A DNA stretch of 63,849 nt, counting the filler, from Intoshia linei (Eukaryota; Animalia; Orthonectida): assembly GCA_001642005.1 (NCBI GenBank). It is 5 parts of 5 records of this genome, joined end to end, with 100 filler letters (N's around TTAATTAATTAA, not from the genome) between each part and the next. Parts side by side here need not be neighbours in the genome. Positions count along the whole stretch, not along the records: positions 1 to 27,011 come from LWCA01000455.1; positions 27,112 to 46,974 come from LWCA01000722.1; 3 more parts are not named here. One strand, given 5' to 3'. Made by a program: the position numbers and the translations under genes. Below are positions 14,124-27,859 of the stretch, in pieces (the stretch's first letter is position 1; every line of letters starts with the position of its first letter). The notes under the pieces are model-generated. The model saw nothing but the letters and a program-made list of their open reading frames with translations, was not told the DNA's origin and made no database searches.

Positions 14124-14535
14124 GGTTGAATGTTATGTACTACGTACAAACAGGACCTAGCTCTGCAGAGGGCACATTTTTGAAATTCTAGGGCTGTTTT
14201 CATTAACAAAAGAAGGGTAATTTGGGGTTTTGGCCCTGAAGATATAATTTTTTTAAATTTAAATTCATGATAATGTTTATGATTTTAAAATCCGTATTAG
14301 CGAATATATTTTTTTAAATTCTCTAACTCGTTTGATTTTCAAAAATAGGGACAATTAGGGTTTTTGTCCCGTAAGATGTGAGTTTGGGAGGTTTAAATTA
14401 TATTTACGAACACCCCCGGAAAAAAACTGTAATTGAAATGTGGACTTTATAAAATTCTAAGATTGGTAGTTATTTAAATAAAGCTAAACACACATACACA
14501 AATAAAAATCGCGTAGGATATTATATAAGTTAGGA
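14124..14535 (-). mobile_element. Short non-autonomous Helitron copy with both ends
   Basis: 5' end A|TCCTAACTTATATAA at 14535 followed by a TG-rich tract. 3' module TGCCCTCTGCAGAGCTAG...TACGTAGTACATAACATTCAACCT at about 14124-14178. Confidence 0.7.
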
Positions 14536-14825
14536 TGATATTGTATTTACACAAAATTATATAATAATTGTATTTAAGGATATTGTAAATATACCAACTG
14601 TATTAACTCTCATTTAAGCAAGGACGATGTGGTGAAAATCGAAAACATGAGTATTATTTAAAATCATGTAATGTAGAACTGTATTAAACAAAGTTAAACA
14701 TATCAAAGGCGATCCTATTATGCTCGAGGTTCCCAAAAATTAAGAATTTGCTTCTAAAAAATTTCGCAAAAGATATGTAAAGTTATATATTCTCAGCCAT
14801 ATCTGCACGAGTCTTGACTTTAGAC

Positions 14826-15477
14826 CAGTGTTTCCCAACCGTGGGGCATGACGAAATTTTTGTTGGACATTGGAAATTTAGTGGAGCCTACGACTTTTTG
14901 TTGGGGCCTGGGAAATATTACAAATTTATAGGATTACGAAAACTTTAGATTAATTTATAGTTAATTTCATACAATATTCTTTGGTTTATAAGTGGTTATA
15001 TTATACTTGAACCAATTGTATTATTAAATTATTAGAATGAAAAAAAACAAATATATCTTTAATGATCGTGGGCTATTGAATTTAAATTTAACTAAATTAA
15101 TGAGTATATGCAAAATTCCAAATTTGAAAAATTATCCGACTTTAACTACTGTTGCTAGGATTGCTTTGTTGCCATTTCTATCTTCTTATTTAGCAGAATG
15201 CGGGTTTAGTGCAGTTTTAGACTTACTAACAAAAAAATAAATAGACTACAAATTTCAAAAAGGGGAAATCTACGATTAAAGCTTACAACATTAGTACCTA
15301 ATATTAATAAACTCTGTCAGAATCGTCAGACTCAATCGTCTCATTAATTTTAAAAAATAAATACATTATTATTGTTTTTATCATTATTTTATTATAATTC
15401 GCTTGAATTTTATTCGAATTTGAGATTTTTTAAAAGTAAAAGTGGGGACTAGCATAAAAAAAGGTTGGAAAACACTG
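14826..15477 (+). mobile_element. Buster-type hAT internal-deletion derivative (652 bp)
   Basis: TIRs CAGTGTTTCCCAACC / GGTTGGAAAACACTG, perfect 8-bp TSD CTTTAGAC (14818-14825, 15478-15485), and the hATC dimerisation remnant YPTLTTVARIALLPFLSSYLAECGFSAV...DLRLKLT-like...QSSH. Confidence 0.93.
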
Positions 15478-16514
15478 CTTTAGACTCTAAACTTTAGAGT
15501 TAAAATTTTACATAAAATAATCATGATATATTAAAAAATATAATTTTTTTGTAATGCTTTTGGAAAAAGGATAGGCCATTATACAAAATTTTTTTGAGCC
15601 ATAATCAACTATAAGAGGGTATCGAGGTATGGTAGAATCGTCTCTGGTTCTTATGTTTCATAATTTTGAAACCACCAATTTGTGGCAATATTACGAGAAC
15701 ATGAAATAGGTGTACTAATCGTAAGGAAAAATTTCGCATATACATTGACTATTGAAAAATTTGTTAATTTTATTAAAAATATCTTAAAAAAATGGAAAAT
15801 TTGATTTTTGACCTTGAAGGACTCAAATTCTGGAAATGAAACATGAATATAAACATGCCCTGCGAAAAACTGTATTAGAAATTGTGTTTGTTTGATTTAT
15901 AAGACTGTTCATTTTTTAAATATAAGTTTAACACATACAGTCATTCAAATTTATATAAGTAAAGGATGTATCAACATTCTTAAGGATTCCTTACTTATAT
16001 AATATAAAAGTTGCTATATAATCAATGTGTTTAACCATTTATTTATTATTAAACATAGTAAAAGAAAAGAAATTGTACATAAAGATGCAAAGCCAGAAAA
16101 AACGAATAAAAAAATTAAAAAAATGGTTGTCTAACATTGACAAGGGTTAATAAATTAATTAATTGTACAAATTATAGTTAATAAAAATTAATATGTAATG
16201 AATCTACAACAAAAACACCATTTTTGCTCACGAATCTATATTTAATAACACTGAATTTAAGTTTACGTTTACCATAACCAAAAAATTTTGATAATATTTA
16301 CTGTAAATAAAGTTGAATATGTGTACTACTATTTATTTACATTTTTTTCTGCCAGCTTATAAATTTGCATCTTCCTGATCTAAAACGCATTTAACTATTC
16401 AGGATACATTCACCATTAGACTATGATTAGTGATTCTTCGTTAAACTACAAAACAAAGGTTACCTTTCAATAAAATGAAAATCATTTACAATTGTGATAC
16501 ATTTATTTATACAA

Positions 16515-19267
16515 TTAATTTATACAATTTTTGATTTTTTGAGTAAAAATCATGAACAATTTATAGGTAAGATCAACACAACACGAGACATTAGTATTTT
16601 CTTCAATCAATTTAATGATATAACATCCATCCATGCCCAAATACTCTGTAAAAAGAATAATTTCGTTTGAACTTTTTTTAAATTTTTTTGGAAAATTAAA
16701 CTTTTTGAAAAATTTACCATCTTTACCGTCCAATTTGTAATTGACTAGTTTTGAAATGTACCTTGTGCGACTATTTGGAATTAAAATTTTTGTAATCCAT
16801 ATTACAAGTTTAAAAATTGAAAAAAATATAATTATAATAAACCAATACCATAAACACAAATAAATAATTTCATTAAAAATATTAATGGAAAGTGCACATT
16901 GCACAGTATACCTTTGAACATTTCCTAGTCGTCTTATCAAAAAATCACACATTGTAACACGTGGAAATCTTTGAGATCCAGTCCACATATTTTCATTCCA
17001 TACTTGTTGAAAAACATCGACACCGTAATTTAAAAAATTAGATCCTAAAAATTTTTCCATGAAAAATAATTGACCGACCACATTTCCAATGTACAATAAT
17101 TTTGTCAAGATGACCATGCTGAATATAAAATTTCCTTTACGTCTTGTGATGCATTTTGTAAATATACGGGAACATATGCTTTTTAAGGTTATGGTGTATT
17201 TTTGATTGCCATTCATGTTGTAAATTTCTTTGAGGTATTGATTCAATTTTGTTACTATAAAGTTTAAAAATGTATTTTCTTGTGAAGTGTCAATGTCAAT
17301 GTCGATTTTTTGATATTTTATTGCTGATGTTACTAGTTCGTTTATGTTTATTCCAGTAGTTGTACTCATGCTATGCCAAAATAGACAAGGTGCAAAGAAA
17401 AATATTGCTTGAATCAAAAGTATCAGTGGCACCCACTAAAAATATTTATTATTATATAATCTATGATATAGTGCACGGGTCGGTAATCGTTTTCAAAAAG
17501 TTGACCATTTTTTTGTATCAAAAAATTATATGGGCCCGTTTTTGAAAATTTACAAATGATAGATTTCAATTTTAACTGAAGAAAAACGTTTCTAGTATTT
17601 AAATAACAAAATCCGGGAAGATTTCAAAATTCAGTATTAAAATGATTATAATGAGCCAATTATAGTAGAAAATTTTTAAAACGGTGGTTTAAAATTAAAA
17701 ATAAATAATTTACATATTTACTCAAAGGGCCACCAAACCTGTTATAGGGCTCTGCGGCAACAATAAATGTTACCTGATAATAAGGTATCACGTGGCACAA
17801 TTCTGGTTGGTTTTCTTTCGGAATGTTTTCATCAAATGGCAAATAATATGTGTTTTTTATCCAACAATATGTGTTTGCGTATTCCATGTGGTTATCTGTA
17901 AATATTGCCGGTACCCAGCTAGTATAATTAATAAATTAACGATATAAAATATAACAGTTTGTTTTTCAATTAGTTTGTGGGTTTAATAATTAAAATTAGG
18001 GTTAAAATGTTACGATCATAATATACCAGTTTCTCATGTTTTTATTTATGATCAATCAAAAATGATTAAAATTTAATTTTATAAGGTTACAAAGGGGTTT
18101 ATAGATCATAATTGCTTTTATTAAAGTGAAATTAAAATTTGATGCATCGCTGTGATTGAAAGACAGTGCATGTGAAGACTAGAAAATTGAAAATCGTTTA
18201 AAACTTAGTATCTTTTTAGTTTTTCTATTTTTCGATAAAAATTGCTACTAAATGAAATTTATTTTGACATACCATACAAACTTTATAAAACCGCTCAAAA
18301 TAACAAACTGACATTAAAATATTGTTCATATACCGTGGTTGCCTTTAAAACTGAAACGTAATGAAAATGAATTTTTTCCATTTAAGCCTTAAATTTTAAG
18401 GTATGATAAAACTGGAATTTTCTCTAAAAGCTTGGTAAGACTGGATTTTTCCTTTAGAGTTGGTAAAACTAAATTTTTCCTTTAGAGTTGGTAAAACTAA
18501 ATTTTTCCTTTTAGGGTTTGTAAAAATGGAATATTCCCTAAAGGATTGGTAAATTTTGATTTTTAGTAAAAATGACTGAATTTAAGTAAACATAAAATTT
18601 TACCCAACAAAAAAACGCATAATTAGATTTATTTAGATTTAAATTATAATTCATAATATAATTAATTTGTAATTCAGATTAGATGAATTCACCCGCCATA
18701 TCTAATGGAAATTACCCATATTAAACCCAATCTACTGTAATATGAGACCCTCTTCGGGTTTCAACGAAATTTTTGTAAAACCAGGATCTCGTTTTGCCAA
18801 ATTAAGCATTTTAAAAAATAGTTGGTATTCTTGAATATCAACTATTTTGTGAGCTAAAATTAAAATGTGAGTTAACCAAGAGTCAAATCATGAGGTTGCT
18901 AAGGCTGCACTACACACCGTTTACGATTTTTTTAGCGTCAATTTTTCATTTTCGGAGACTCAATCGTGGTAGATTCGGCTTTGACTCACATTTTAAAATT
19001 AATCTAATTATATAAAAAAGTTTTTTTTGGCAACAGCTGTAAAAATTTAAAATTAAATTTACCAATTAATGGGATCACCCACATATTGCTTTGTGGTAAT
19101 AATAATGGAGAATGCAACCTGCAAATTTTCGTAAAAATTTGAAAAACTAAATTTAAAATTACCAACATTGTGACAGTGATTTTCCGATGCATTCTGTCTA
19201 CGGTGTCATCATCATACCATTGCGGCACAGAAAAAGATTTACCGAGTAAAACATCAATATAATCCAT
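16515..19267 (-). CDS. inx: Innexin (invertebrate gap junction protein)
   Basis: Exons 19163-19267, 19063-19118, 17774-17918 and 16515-17435 splice to DDDTVDRMH...KQYVGDPINCWVP...NTYCWI...YYQWVP...FPRVTMCDF...VQCALSINIFNEIIYLCLWYW. Two Cys per extracellular loop. Confidence 0.97.
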
Positions 19268-19662
19268 AACAGATCAATTAAATCCAATTAATTTTGCGTT
19301 TGTAAGATAATTATTTAAATGTAGAAATTTAATTTGTTATTAACATTGACTCTACTAGTGAAATATTTCCCCTACTTTTATTAATATTAAGGCGAATTTT
19401 CCACGATGATAAAGTAAATTAATGATATGGCTGATTTAATTGTCTTTGACACAGATTAGATATTGGTACATTATATTGTATGTAATATAAGATATTTAAT
19501 TTTTATTTACTGCATGTAAATAAACAAACGAAAATTTTAACTTTCTTAGTCTAGCTAAACAATTAACAATATACTGATTTCAAATTAATTACAAAGATAG
19601 TCGAGATCTAATCATTATTGTGACAATTTATTTATGAAAAGTAAACACAATTTAGCATACAT

Positions 19663-21208
19663 TTACAATATAAATGGTATAATAATTTTTTTTGTTGATT
19701 TTGGTGAGATTAAATATTCTTCGATATTTCTTACATTGACAATTCTTGCAAAAATTATTTGATTAGATAGTGTCATTAGCCATCGAAATATTATGAAATA
19801 ATTGATATTTTTACTTATGGATTTATTTAACCAGTTGAGTTGAACGAGGATGAATGAAAAGTACACAATTATTTCGAGAAAGTAGTGAGGGCACTGAGTG
19901 TATTTAAATAAACCCTTTGTAGGTTGAAAATGTTTTAAACTTGTGACTTTTCCATTTTCTTTTCGTAGAGACGCCAAATATCGAAATATTTTATATTGTT
20001 GGAATGATACGACTAAATATAACATTAAGCCAATCCAATTTATCAAATTAAAACTGTTTACGGTATCTAAATTTTTTATACGTGGAATTCTTTTATATTA
20101 CCAATGCTTGTCTGATGATACACTTCGAAAGGAAAAATTACATAAAATATGTATCCACCCAAATAATGCCACCACGGTATATACTGAGTCGAATATGAAC
20201 TTATGAATTTAGATTGAATATAGTTTCTACCAGTTTGAAGGGACATTAAAAACAATAACACTATGCTTCGATAATCTAAAATTCATTTTAAAATAGTGGA
20301 CACAATTTAAATACTAGATAAACAAAACCTGTTTTTCAATTAACACTATGCGTGTGGTAACATTTCAAATTTGTTAGCATTTCTATATTTTCCAACAACT
20401 GTATATGAAGTAAATAACACGATGCAAATTTATTTGAACCCGTGGCCCATGTAAGTCTATTTTTTGTAATTTAAAAAACAGTTTAACAAAAGTTAAATTA
20501 TTCAGTTTCTTCTATATGGTCCATTATTCTATGTAGTGGTTCCAAAAAACAGTTCTTCGACCCATAATCAAAAAAAATGTGCCATGAATAAATTTTTGAA
20601 AATGCTGCGTTATGTCATACAGTTCTTAACCTGATGGTCATTTTTTCATCCAATTTTTAAAGATTTTGATGACCACTGGTTTATATTATACATTTTTTGT
20701 TCATTAAAACCGGGTCTTCTAGTGCCAGTTTACGTTACAAAACATTGCTATAAGTAGGGTTCAAAATCTGCGAACCACGGATATATGGATTCTATCCCAA
20801 GATCGAATAGATACCATCAATGTTTAAATTTAGTTTAATAATTTAAATAAAAATAACCCAGGTTTGGTTGTAAACACAAAAAATTTCAAAGACTCTACCC
20901 AACGGGTAGGGTACCCATGCATAAACCTACATTAAAATATAAAAATTACATAATTTGACATCTAAGGCTACAATGAAAGCCAAAAAATTTACAATAAATC
21001 CAACTAAATAAAAATGTCGATAATATTCTTTTTTTACATATTTTATCCAGTTCCAATTAATGGCCAATCTGTCTCTGTCAATTTTTTTGTTTTTGAAAAA
21101 GCATATAATTTTTTTTCTTTGCGAAGTAAAGCTCAAATAGAGAGCAATTAAAAACGCTCCAGTAAGAATTAAATATAATGACAAAAAAATGTGTAAAATT
21201 ATGTTCAT
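19663..21208 (-). CDS. SRD5A3: Polyprenol reductase (steroid 5-alpha-reductase 3-like)
   Basis: VKKEYYRHFYLVG, WHYLGGYIFY, LASLRK, PTKGLFKYTQCPHYFLEIIVY and C-terminal IIPFIL. A 35-nt intron joins ORFs 20076-20261 and 19663-20046. Confidence 0.85.
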
Positions 21209-21574
21209 TCCACCTATTAGAATTATTTCAAAGATAAATAAAATGTGTTAATTCTATTTCGTAATTTAGTTTATTTACTAGCGCGGTATCATACTAGGGT
21301 GATTCAAAAAGTAGAAATTTTTCGAGTTTCTTGTTTAGGGAGGAAAAATTAAGCTATATTTATATTTAAACTACTATGTGAGTTTAATTTTCACATAAAA
21401 GTGTCAGGTTGAGTTGCGCAAAGAAAAAGAAATTTTTAATAAAAAAATATTGAAAATTAGTTTATTATCAAATATGATTGGTTAATTTAAAGCTGCCAGA
21501 TTAAAAACGTACTCATATCACTTAGTTACAAAATTATAATGTTGAATTGGAATTTTACAAGTTTTTAGTTTTAA

Positions 21575-21920
21575 CCCTTACGAGAAAATTGTATGTATAG
21601 ATGCCAAAAACTACACTCATAAATTTACATTGGTTTATATACAAACCACAAAACAAATATATCTTTAATGATCGTGGGCTATTGCATTCAAATTTAACTA
21701 AATTTATGAGTATATGCAAAATGCCCAATTTGCAAATTTGTAAAATTACCCGACTCTATCTACTTTTGCTAGGATTGCTTTGTTGTCATTTCCATCCTTT
21801 TATTTAGCAGAATGCTGGTTTAGTACTGTTTTGGATTTACTGACAAAAAAATATTTAGACTACAAATTTCAGAAAGGGGAGATCTACGATTAAAGCTTGC
21901 AAAATTAGTACCTAATATTA
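21575..21920 (+). mobile_element. Chimeric fragment: piggyBac-like left end fused to a Buster hAT C-terminal remnant
   Basis: TTAA-CCCTTACGAGA...ATACAAACC matches 39713-39790. About 21651-21920 matches 15045-15305. The matching Buster right end is at about 22790-22904. Confidence 0.65.
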
Positions 21921-23625
21921 ATTATTGTCGCATGCGAAAACTACACTGAACCAAAAGTACAATGATGAATATAACTTTATTTCATAATTATTAATTTTAT
22001 TATTTCTAGTTATTAGTCAGTACAGTAACGAGTTGTGTCATCAATGATCATTTATATCTTATCAAATCTATTTGTCTCTATTACCTAAATATATTACACA
22101 AAAAGTAAAAGATCCAAAGATTTCGACTTATCTAAAAATGCATTAAATCAATCAAATGTACCGTATAAATCGACTATATCGAGAATTTTCCGGCATATAT
22201 TGTCTATTCACTCAAAGCTTCACCGCAAGTTTTATGTATTGAAATGCTTATATAGAAAAATTTATTTGAAAGAAAATTATCATAATTTATTCACCAAATA
22301 TTGCAACCAAATTACCATAACATTATAATTTACTCACTGTATAATAGTGTATATTTGATGCAAAATTAGTTGTTTCTTTAAATTCAATTTTAACTTTGAT
22401 TTGTAGGGATATCTAGTTAACGTAAAAAAATAAACTCCATAACTACACTAAATTGGATCAAAAATATTTTCTGGTGTGAACACCATAGAATATTTTTATT
22501 TTTTTTGTAATATTGGTTGTAGGTATAATATAGTATCTTAATATTTCAGTTTTAACTTGGGTCTGTAGTCTAAATTAAACGAACTAGTTTAGCTAACTAT
22601 AACTAGTTAATAAATTATTTAATTTAATTGTGTAATTAATAACGATAATGAAACAATGTATCATGCAGCATGATGCAACGAGATATAAAAGTGGATAAAT
22701 ATCAATATATGTATTAATAGTGATATTGTGAATTTAAAAGTTATTAATCACACAATAAAGTTATCGTACTTTTGATAGCCGACAATTATTAATTAAGTTT
22801 TTACATTATTTTATTATAATTCGCTCGAATTTTTTTTGAGTGGGGCCTGGGATTTTTTTAAGAGTAAAAGTGAGGCCTAGCATAAAAAAGGTTGGGAAAC
22901 ACTGGTCTAATATTTAATTTTGATTTATTACTATATCTATATTGATTTAAGAACCCAATGCATTTTTAATTTCCATTAAGCGAATATATTAATTTTTCGT
23001 AGCGTTTTACAGATACGCTGTTTCCATACTTCAAACATGAATCCACAATAAAATGACTACACATTTCTAAACCTTTATCAACTCTTTCAAACCTAGATTA
23101 GCACGTATGTTCCATCTAGCATCTTCCATTTAGAAATTTAAAAGCAATAGAAAAATGCAACAATTAGTTTAAAACACTTCTTATTTTTACTCTAAGTATC
23201 CATCGCACCTATTCATAAAATAATACATTACTAAATTATGATATCGCAAAACAAGATAATAGATAAATTTAAAAAAAATATATCTTCAGGGCCAAAACCA
23301 CAATCTACCTTTTTTTTAAATGAAAGCAACCATAGAAGCTAAAAAAATTACAATCTGAATAAGTGATGCCTTCACGGTTAAAAAAGCACTTTAGTATTCA
23401 TATTTCGAAACTATTTTATTAAAACAAAAAATGTGAAATAATTAACGGTCCGACAATTAAAAAAAAGAAAGAAGATTATTCTGATATAGCTTATTCCAGT
23501 TGATATAAATATAAAATTTCCACCCAGAAATCTACGCATTCCCGGAGAAAAATAATTTTTTAATATATTTCGATTAAAATAAAAATCCTATAATTTCAAA
23601 AAAAATGTGCATTGAACGTCTACAC

Positions 23626-24081
23626 CAGTGGTTCCCAAACTTTTTCCACCATGGACCACTTATAACAAAAAAAAATGTGTGGACCACATAAGTTTTTAAA
23701 AAAATTTTCTTAATCCTGAACACATCACTAAGGTAATATTTTGATTTTTTTATAGTATATTCCTCCTTAATTCCAAAATTTTACATTAATTCTGACAAGA
23801 TAGTTTCAATGGCGTAATTGATAAAATTCTTAATTTCAAACATACTTATTGCGAATTACCAGTGCCATATGCGAGATCCCTCGGTAGAAGGATCTCGACG
23901 AAATTTTTTTTAAAATAGACTTGAATTAATTGAATCGAGCATTAAAAAAATTCTTGAATATCAACTAATTTGAGTGTTAAATTTAAAATGTCAACTCAAG
24001 GGTTAATTTATTATTATTGAAAAAAAAGGTTATCTTCATGTTATTTAAAATTTTTCTTGTGGACCACTTTGGGAACCACTA
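23626..24081. mobile_element. hAT MITE inserted in a Helitron-family copy
   Basis: TIRs CAGTGGTTCCCAAA / TTTGGGAACCACTA and perfect TSD GTCTACAC (23618-23625, 24082-24089). The empty site is visible, reverse-complemented, at about 45145. Confidence 0.9.
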
Positions 24082-24580
24082 GTCTACACATTTACAATAA
24101 AAAAATAAAGGTGAAAATCTATATAATTGATTCCTTCGGATTTGTTTTCATTCTCAAATACTCATTTACATTTCATGCTTCTTCCGTTGCCAAATATGTA
24201 GATTATCAAAAATACGTATTTATGGCCATACTAATTAAGTTGCTTTACGTAAAAAGTACATTTTATGAAAATACATTCAAGCAAATTTGCTATATTCGAA
24301 AAATTTTTTTAAATATGACTTGTATGTTTGGAGGATGTAGGAGGGAGATAATCTTGCAAAAATTAAATTTTTTTAATCTAGGGCTGTTGAAAAATGTTGA
24401 GATATTGTAAATGTACTTTATAATGTTCACGTCTTCACGAAGCGTACGTTGCTTTTTACATAATACATATATGATGTCAAGGCCTTAAACTGATGTCTGG
24501 TTTAAGAACTATATGTACCGTAGTATCTACTACATGTATTAATCATGTAAATTAATTTATTCAAACACAACTACAATATA

Positions 24581-25498
24581 TCAAACTCTATCCATTCCAC
24601 AGTATTTTTTGTAGTACCTATACTTCTTTCGATTAATCGAATAGTCGTTAAGTTTAACAGACTTGTAAAAACGATTATTAACAGAATAAACTTTGATGCA
24701 TTGATCAATAGGTTTATAATACGGTAATTTCGGAGGAATATTATTACAAATTTTGCTATATTTAAGCATTTTATAAGCTGGACTCGTATAGATAGTAATT
24801 GGTTCACAATCATCAACATCTAAATGGGTAGCCTTATTTAAATGAATAATCTGTTTAAACCGATTGACAGCATTCATAACATTAATTCTATAATTAATTG
24901 TACTCTTATTAGACAAATAACGAGAATTTTGAACGTCGGAATAAGAGTGAAATAAACTACAACTGCCTGTGCTGTCTTTTTTAATTTCTGGAGTCGTGAT
25001 AAAAGTGAGCGATTTGAGGAAATTGCTAATACGTTTTGTTTTGTAATTGAAAAATTTTTTATCATCATAAAAAATAGGTTTCGACGATAGTGTATTAATT
25101 GAAACACTGGAACATTTTGAACTTGGTAATTTTATATTACATTTGTCGATATTTGGTAATTGCAGGTTGTTTATATGTTCCAAGTCCACCGTTCGTCTCA
25201 AATCTTCAACTTTAGAACATTCTTCTTTAAAAATATGTGTAGCAGTGTTTTGATCAAACATTATACGTCTATGATTTTTTTTGATTGATTCAAGTCTATT
25301 ATTGAGTGAAATTTTTTCCAAAACATTTTTATGCAATATTACATCTGGCAACTTTGATTTTGGTACTAATTTCCTGTAACACTTGTATTTTTGCTCTTTT
25401 AGTGTTCGTGGAATGTCCAAATCAATCTTTCTCGAAGAATTTTGAATGCTAAAATTAAAATTTTCATAAACTTGAAAAATTTCTTACACTATTTTCAT
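24581..25498 (-). CDS. Hypothetical basic protein (~290 aa), no recognisable domain
   Basis: 279-codon ORF in roughly 75% AT DNA. An 11-nt first exon ATGAAAATAGT|gtaag...tag|C splices in frame (MKIVIQNSSRKIDLDIP...). Confidence 0.7.
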
Positions 25499-27011
25499 GT
25501 TGATAATTTTATTTTTATTCAAATTTAAAGAGACTGAAATTATGCAATCTCATATTCTGCTAAAATCTTTTGCATTATCGTGGTCTTAATTAAATATCAA
25601 TATTTAGAATAAAACTGTAAACATTGAATTGAGTTTAATTGTTTTTATTTAATCCATTATATTCATATTTTTGTTTTCATTAAAAATCAAAATAAAAATC
25701 TGAATTGATACATTGTTACATTGTATTTCATATTATACGATGAAATTCATGTTGTGAGTCTGATTCACGATAAGTCCATTTTTCAAGTTGGTCTATAAAA
25801 TTAACTTTTTACATTAAAACTGAAATACAATATACAACAACATTTATTTACAAAAAAATTTCTCAAGTATTAAAGTACTTTATTATGTCTAAAAATTAAA
25901 TGAATATAAATATTTAAAATAGATTTTTAATAAAAATAATAATGTGGTGCCTCAAAATTAAAAAAATGAATCCAGAATCTAAATTACCACACAATAAGTT
26001 ACGTTAAAAATTTAAACAAATAAAATACCATCACATAATTTCGTAAATATTTCAGAAATTGATTCACAATTTTGATTCACAAATTTTCCTTCATCTGTTA
26101 ATCGGGCTAAAAAGTGACAATCAAACAAATACATACACATACATAGTATAAAATGTAGTTTGATTATTAAAAAAATTTCAAATTACCCAATTTTGGTTCA
26201 AGGGGTATTTTAGCTAAGACTATATTGTTTGTATCCTTGGCTAGTTTATCGGCTCCGCCACTAGTCATTGGGAAAACATATGATATTACCTAAAAATTAA
26301 TTTAACTATACTAAAATATTTATAAATAAAAACTGAGTCATGATAAATAGTTTTCACAAAGAAAAATTGTGCAGGAATACAACACAGCCTGTCTGAACTA
26401 ACATTTAGTTTAAAAAAATTACTCAATTAAAATTTCAACATTTTCTGATTTGGCACACTTTCAGGAGTATTTAAAAAAAAAATTCTTATTAGCGTTTTTG
26501 AGTAAAGGTCAAAAATATATATTTTTCTCTAAAAATTTCAATAAAATGTTCAATAATACTAATTTTAGCCTTGATTGTTTGTGTAACTAATCTATATTGA
26601 TGAAAATTTGTTTTGTGTAAAATTTACAATTATATTCTACCTATTTTTTGTTGTTTTATCATGCATGAACAAAATAGGAAAAGGTTATGTTTATTGTGTT
26701 TTGGTAAAACAAAAGTTATGTAATCGATCTCTACTCGTGTATGGTCACTGGTTGAGCTATATTTTGATCAAGGTATTGATAAAAATGATGATTGTTTCCC
26801 TAATGTGATATGCAGCAACTGCCAGAAAATTGTCCATAAATATGGAAATGGTATTTTCAGTAGAAAAATTGAAATTTTTGATGATTCTAACTCACCATTA
26901 ATTCTAAACGAAATACTCGATCTACGCTGAACAAAACTTGTTCATGCAGAATTTGCTTATCACAATTATCATTCAATTTCAATAGTAATAATGGTGTTCC
27001 TAAAATTAAAA

Positions 27012-27111
27012 NNNNNNNNNNNNNNNNNNNNNNNNNNNNNNNNNNNNNNNNNNNNTTAATTAATTAANNNNNNNNNNNNNNNNNNNNNNNNNNNNNNNNN
27101 NNNNNNNNNNN
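27012..27111. other. Assembly gap with six-frame stop linker TTAATTAATTAA
   Basis: N-run flanking TTAATTAATTAA, 100 nt. Identical construct at 46975-47074, 57441-57540 and 62641-62740. Confidence 0.98.
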
Positions 27112-27544
27112 TTAATTTCGGTTACTAAGTTCTCAAAATATTCCCTCGGTTTGGCTATAACATTTTGATGGTTTTTCTTCAAATGTCTGTTCAGTTTATT
27201 TGGAACCAAAAACTCATTTGATAACGTTGTCTTACAAATCAAGCAATACGGAAGTGGGACATCTTCAGATCCAGATGCAATAAATCCATAATTTATATAA
27301 TCTTCATTAAATTTTCGCTTACTTCCTTTCTTTTTCCGCTATTCTTCATTAAAAACTTATCCATGGTAAAAGTAAAAGTTCAACTGTTAAAGTTTATAAT
27401 AAACTTGAAATTGAAACAAATTTTAAGTTTAATATAATATATTTTAAAGTAAAACAAATATAATTAACTAAAAAATCAAATGTTGTTTTAAATATTTTTT
27501 TAATTATTTCCCAAAAATCTCGCGACACACTTTGAGAAACACTG
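27112..27544 (-). mobile_element. Left end of a Buster-type hAT transposon (N-terminal zinc finger)
   Basis: TIR CAGTGTTTCTCAAA ending at 27544. Relic MDKFL...RKFNEDYINYGFIASGSEDVPLPYCLICKTTLSNEFLVPNKLNRHLKKNH runs into the gap. Confidence 0.85.
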
Positions 27545-27639
27545 GAATAAAGTATTATAAACCAGGTAACATCGAAAAATTCTTCCATTATAACTAATAA
27601 TTGTCGTATACCATTGATGGAACAGTCAGAACATGAAAA

Positions 27640-27830
27640 TAATGTCCTTTCATACTTCTGTCGTATAAATTCCTCTACATTTTTTAAGGCATTATACATG
27701 TTGTCTTTGCTGTAATATAAACAATTAAATGATTTTTTGAATATACTATGGAAGCCCTCAATAGCATTATTCGTTTTAGGAATATCGTTAGCCAACATGA
27801 TTACAGAATTCCAAATAATATTCAATAATA
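27640..27830 (-). mobile_element. MULE transposase C-terminal fragment
   Basis: IWNSVIMLANDIPKTNNAIEGFHSIFKK fits the WN...P(R/K)TNNxxEGxH catalytic-E motif of Mutator transposases. Confidence 0.65.
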
Positions 27831-27859
27831 ATGATACTGATAAAAATTTCTATTAATAT

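Noticed and set aside
18400-18590. About 32-nt tandem units (TTGGTAAAACT...TTTTCC) resembling a CRISPR-like array; also at 2560-2760, 7020-7500 and 52740-53250
   Set aside because: Degenerate subterminal repeats of the MULE-like family with no unique spacers, no cas genes, and a eukaryotic context.
21960-22400. Coding-like stretch between SRD5A3 and the orphan gene
   Set aside because: Stops in all frames and no consistent exon chain. Lies inside a broken hAT element.
27056-27067. TTAATTAATTAA palindrome repeated four times between N-runs
   Set aside because: Artificial scaffold linker with stops in six frames, not biology.
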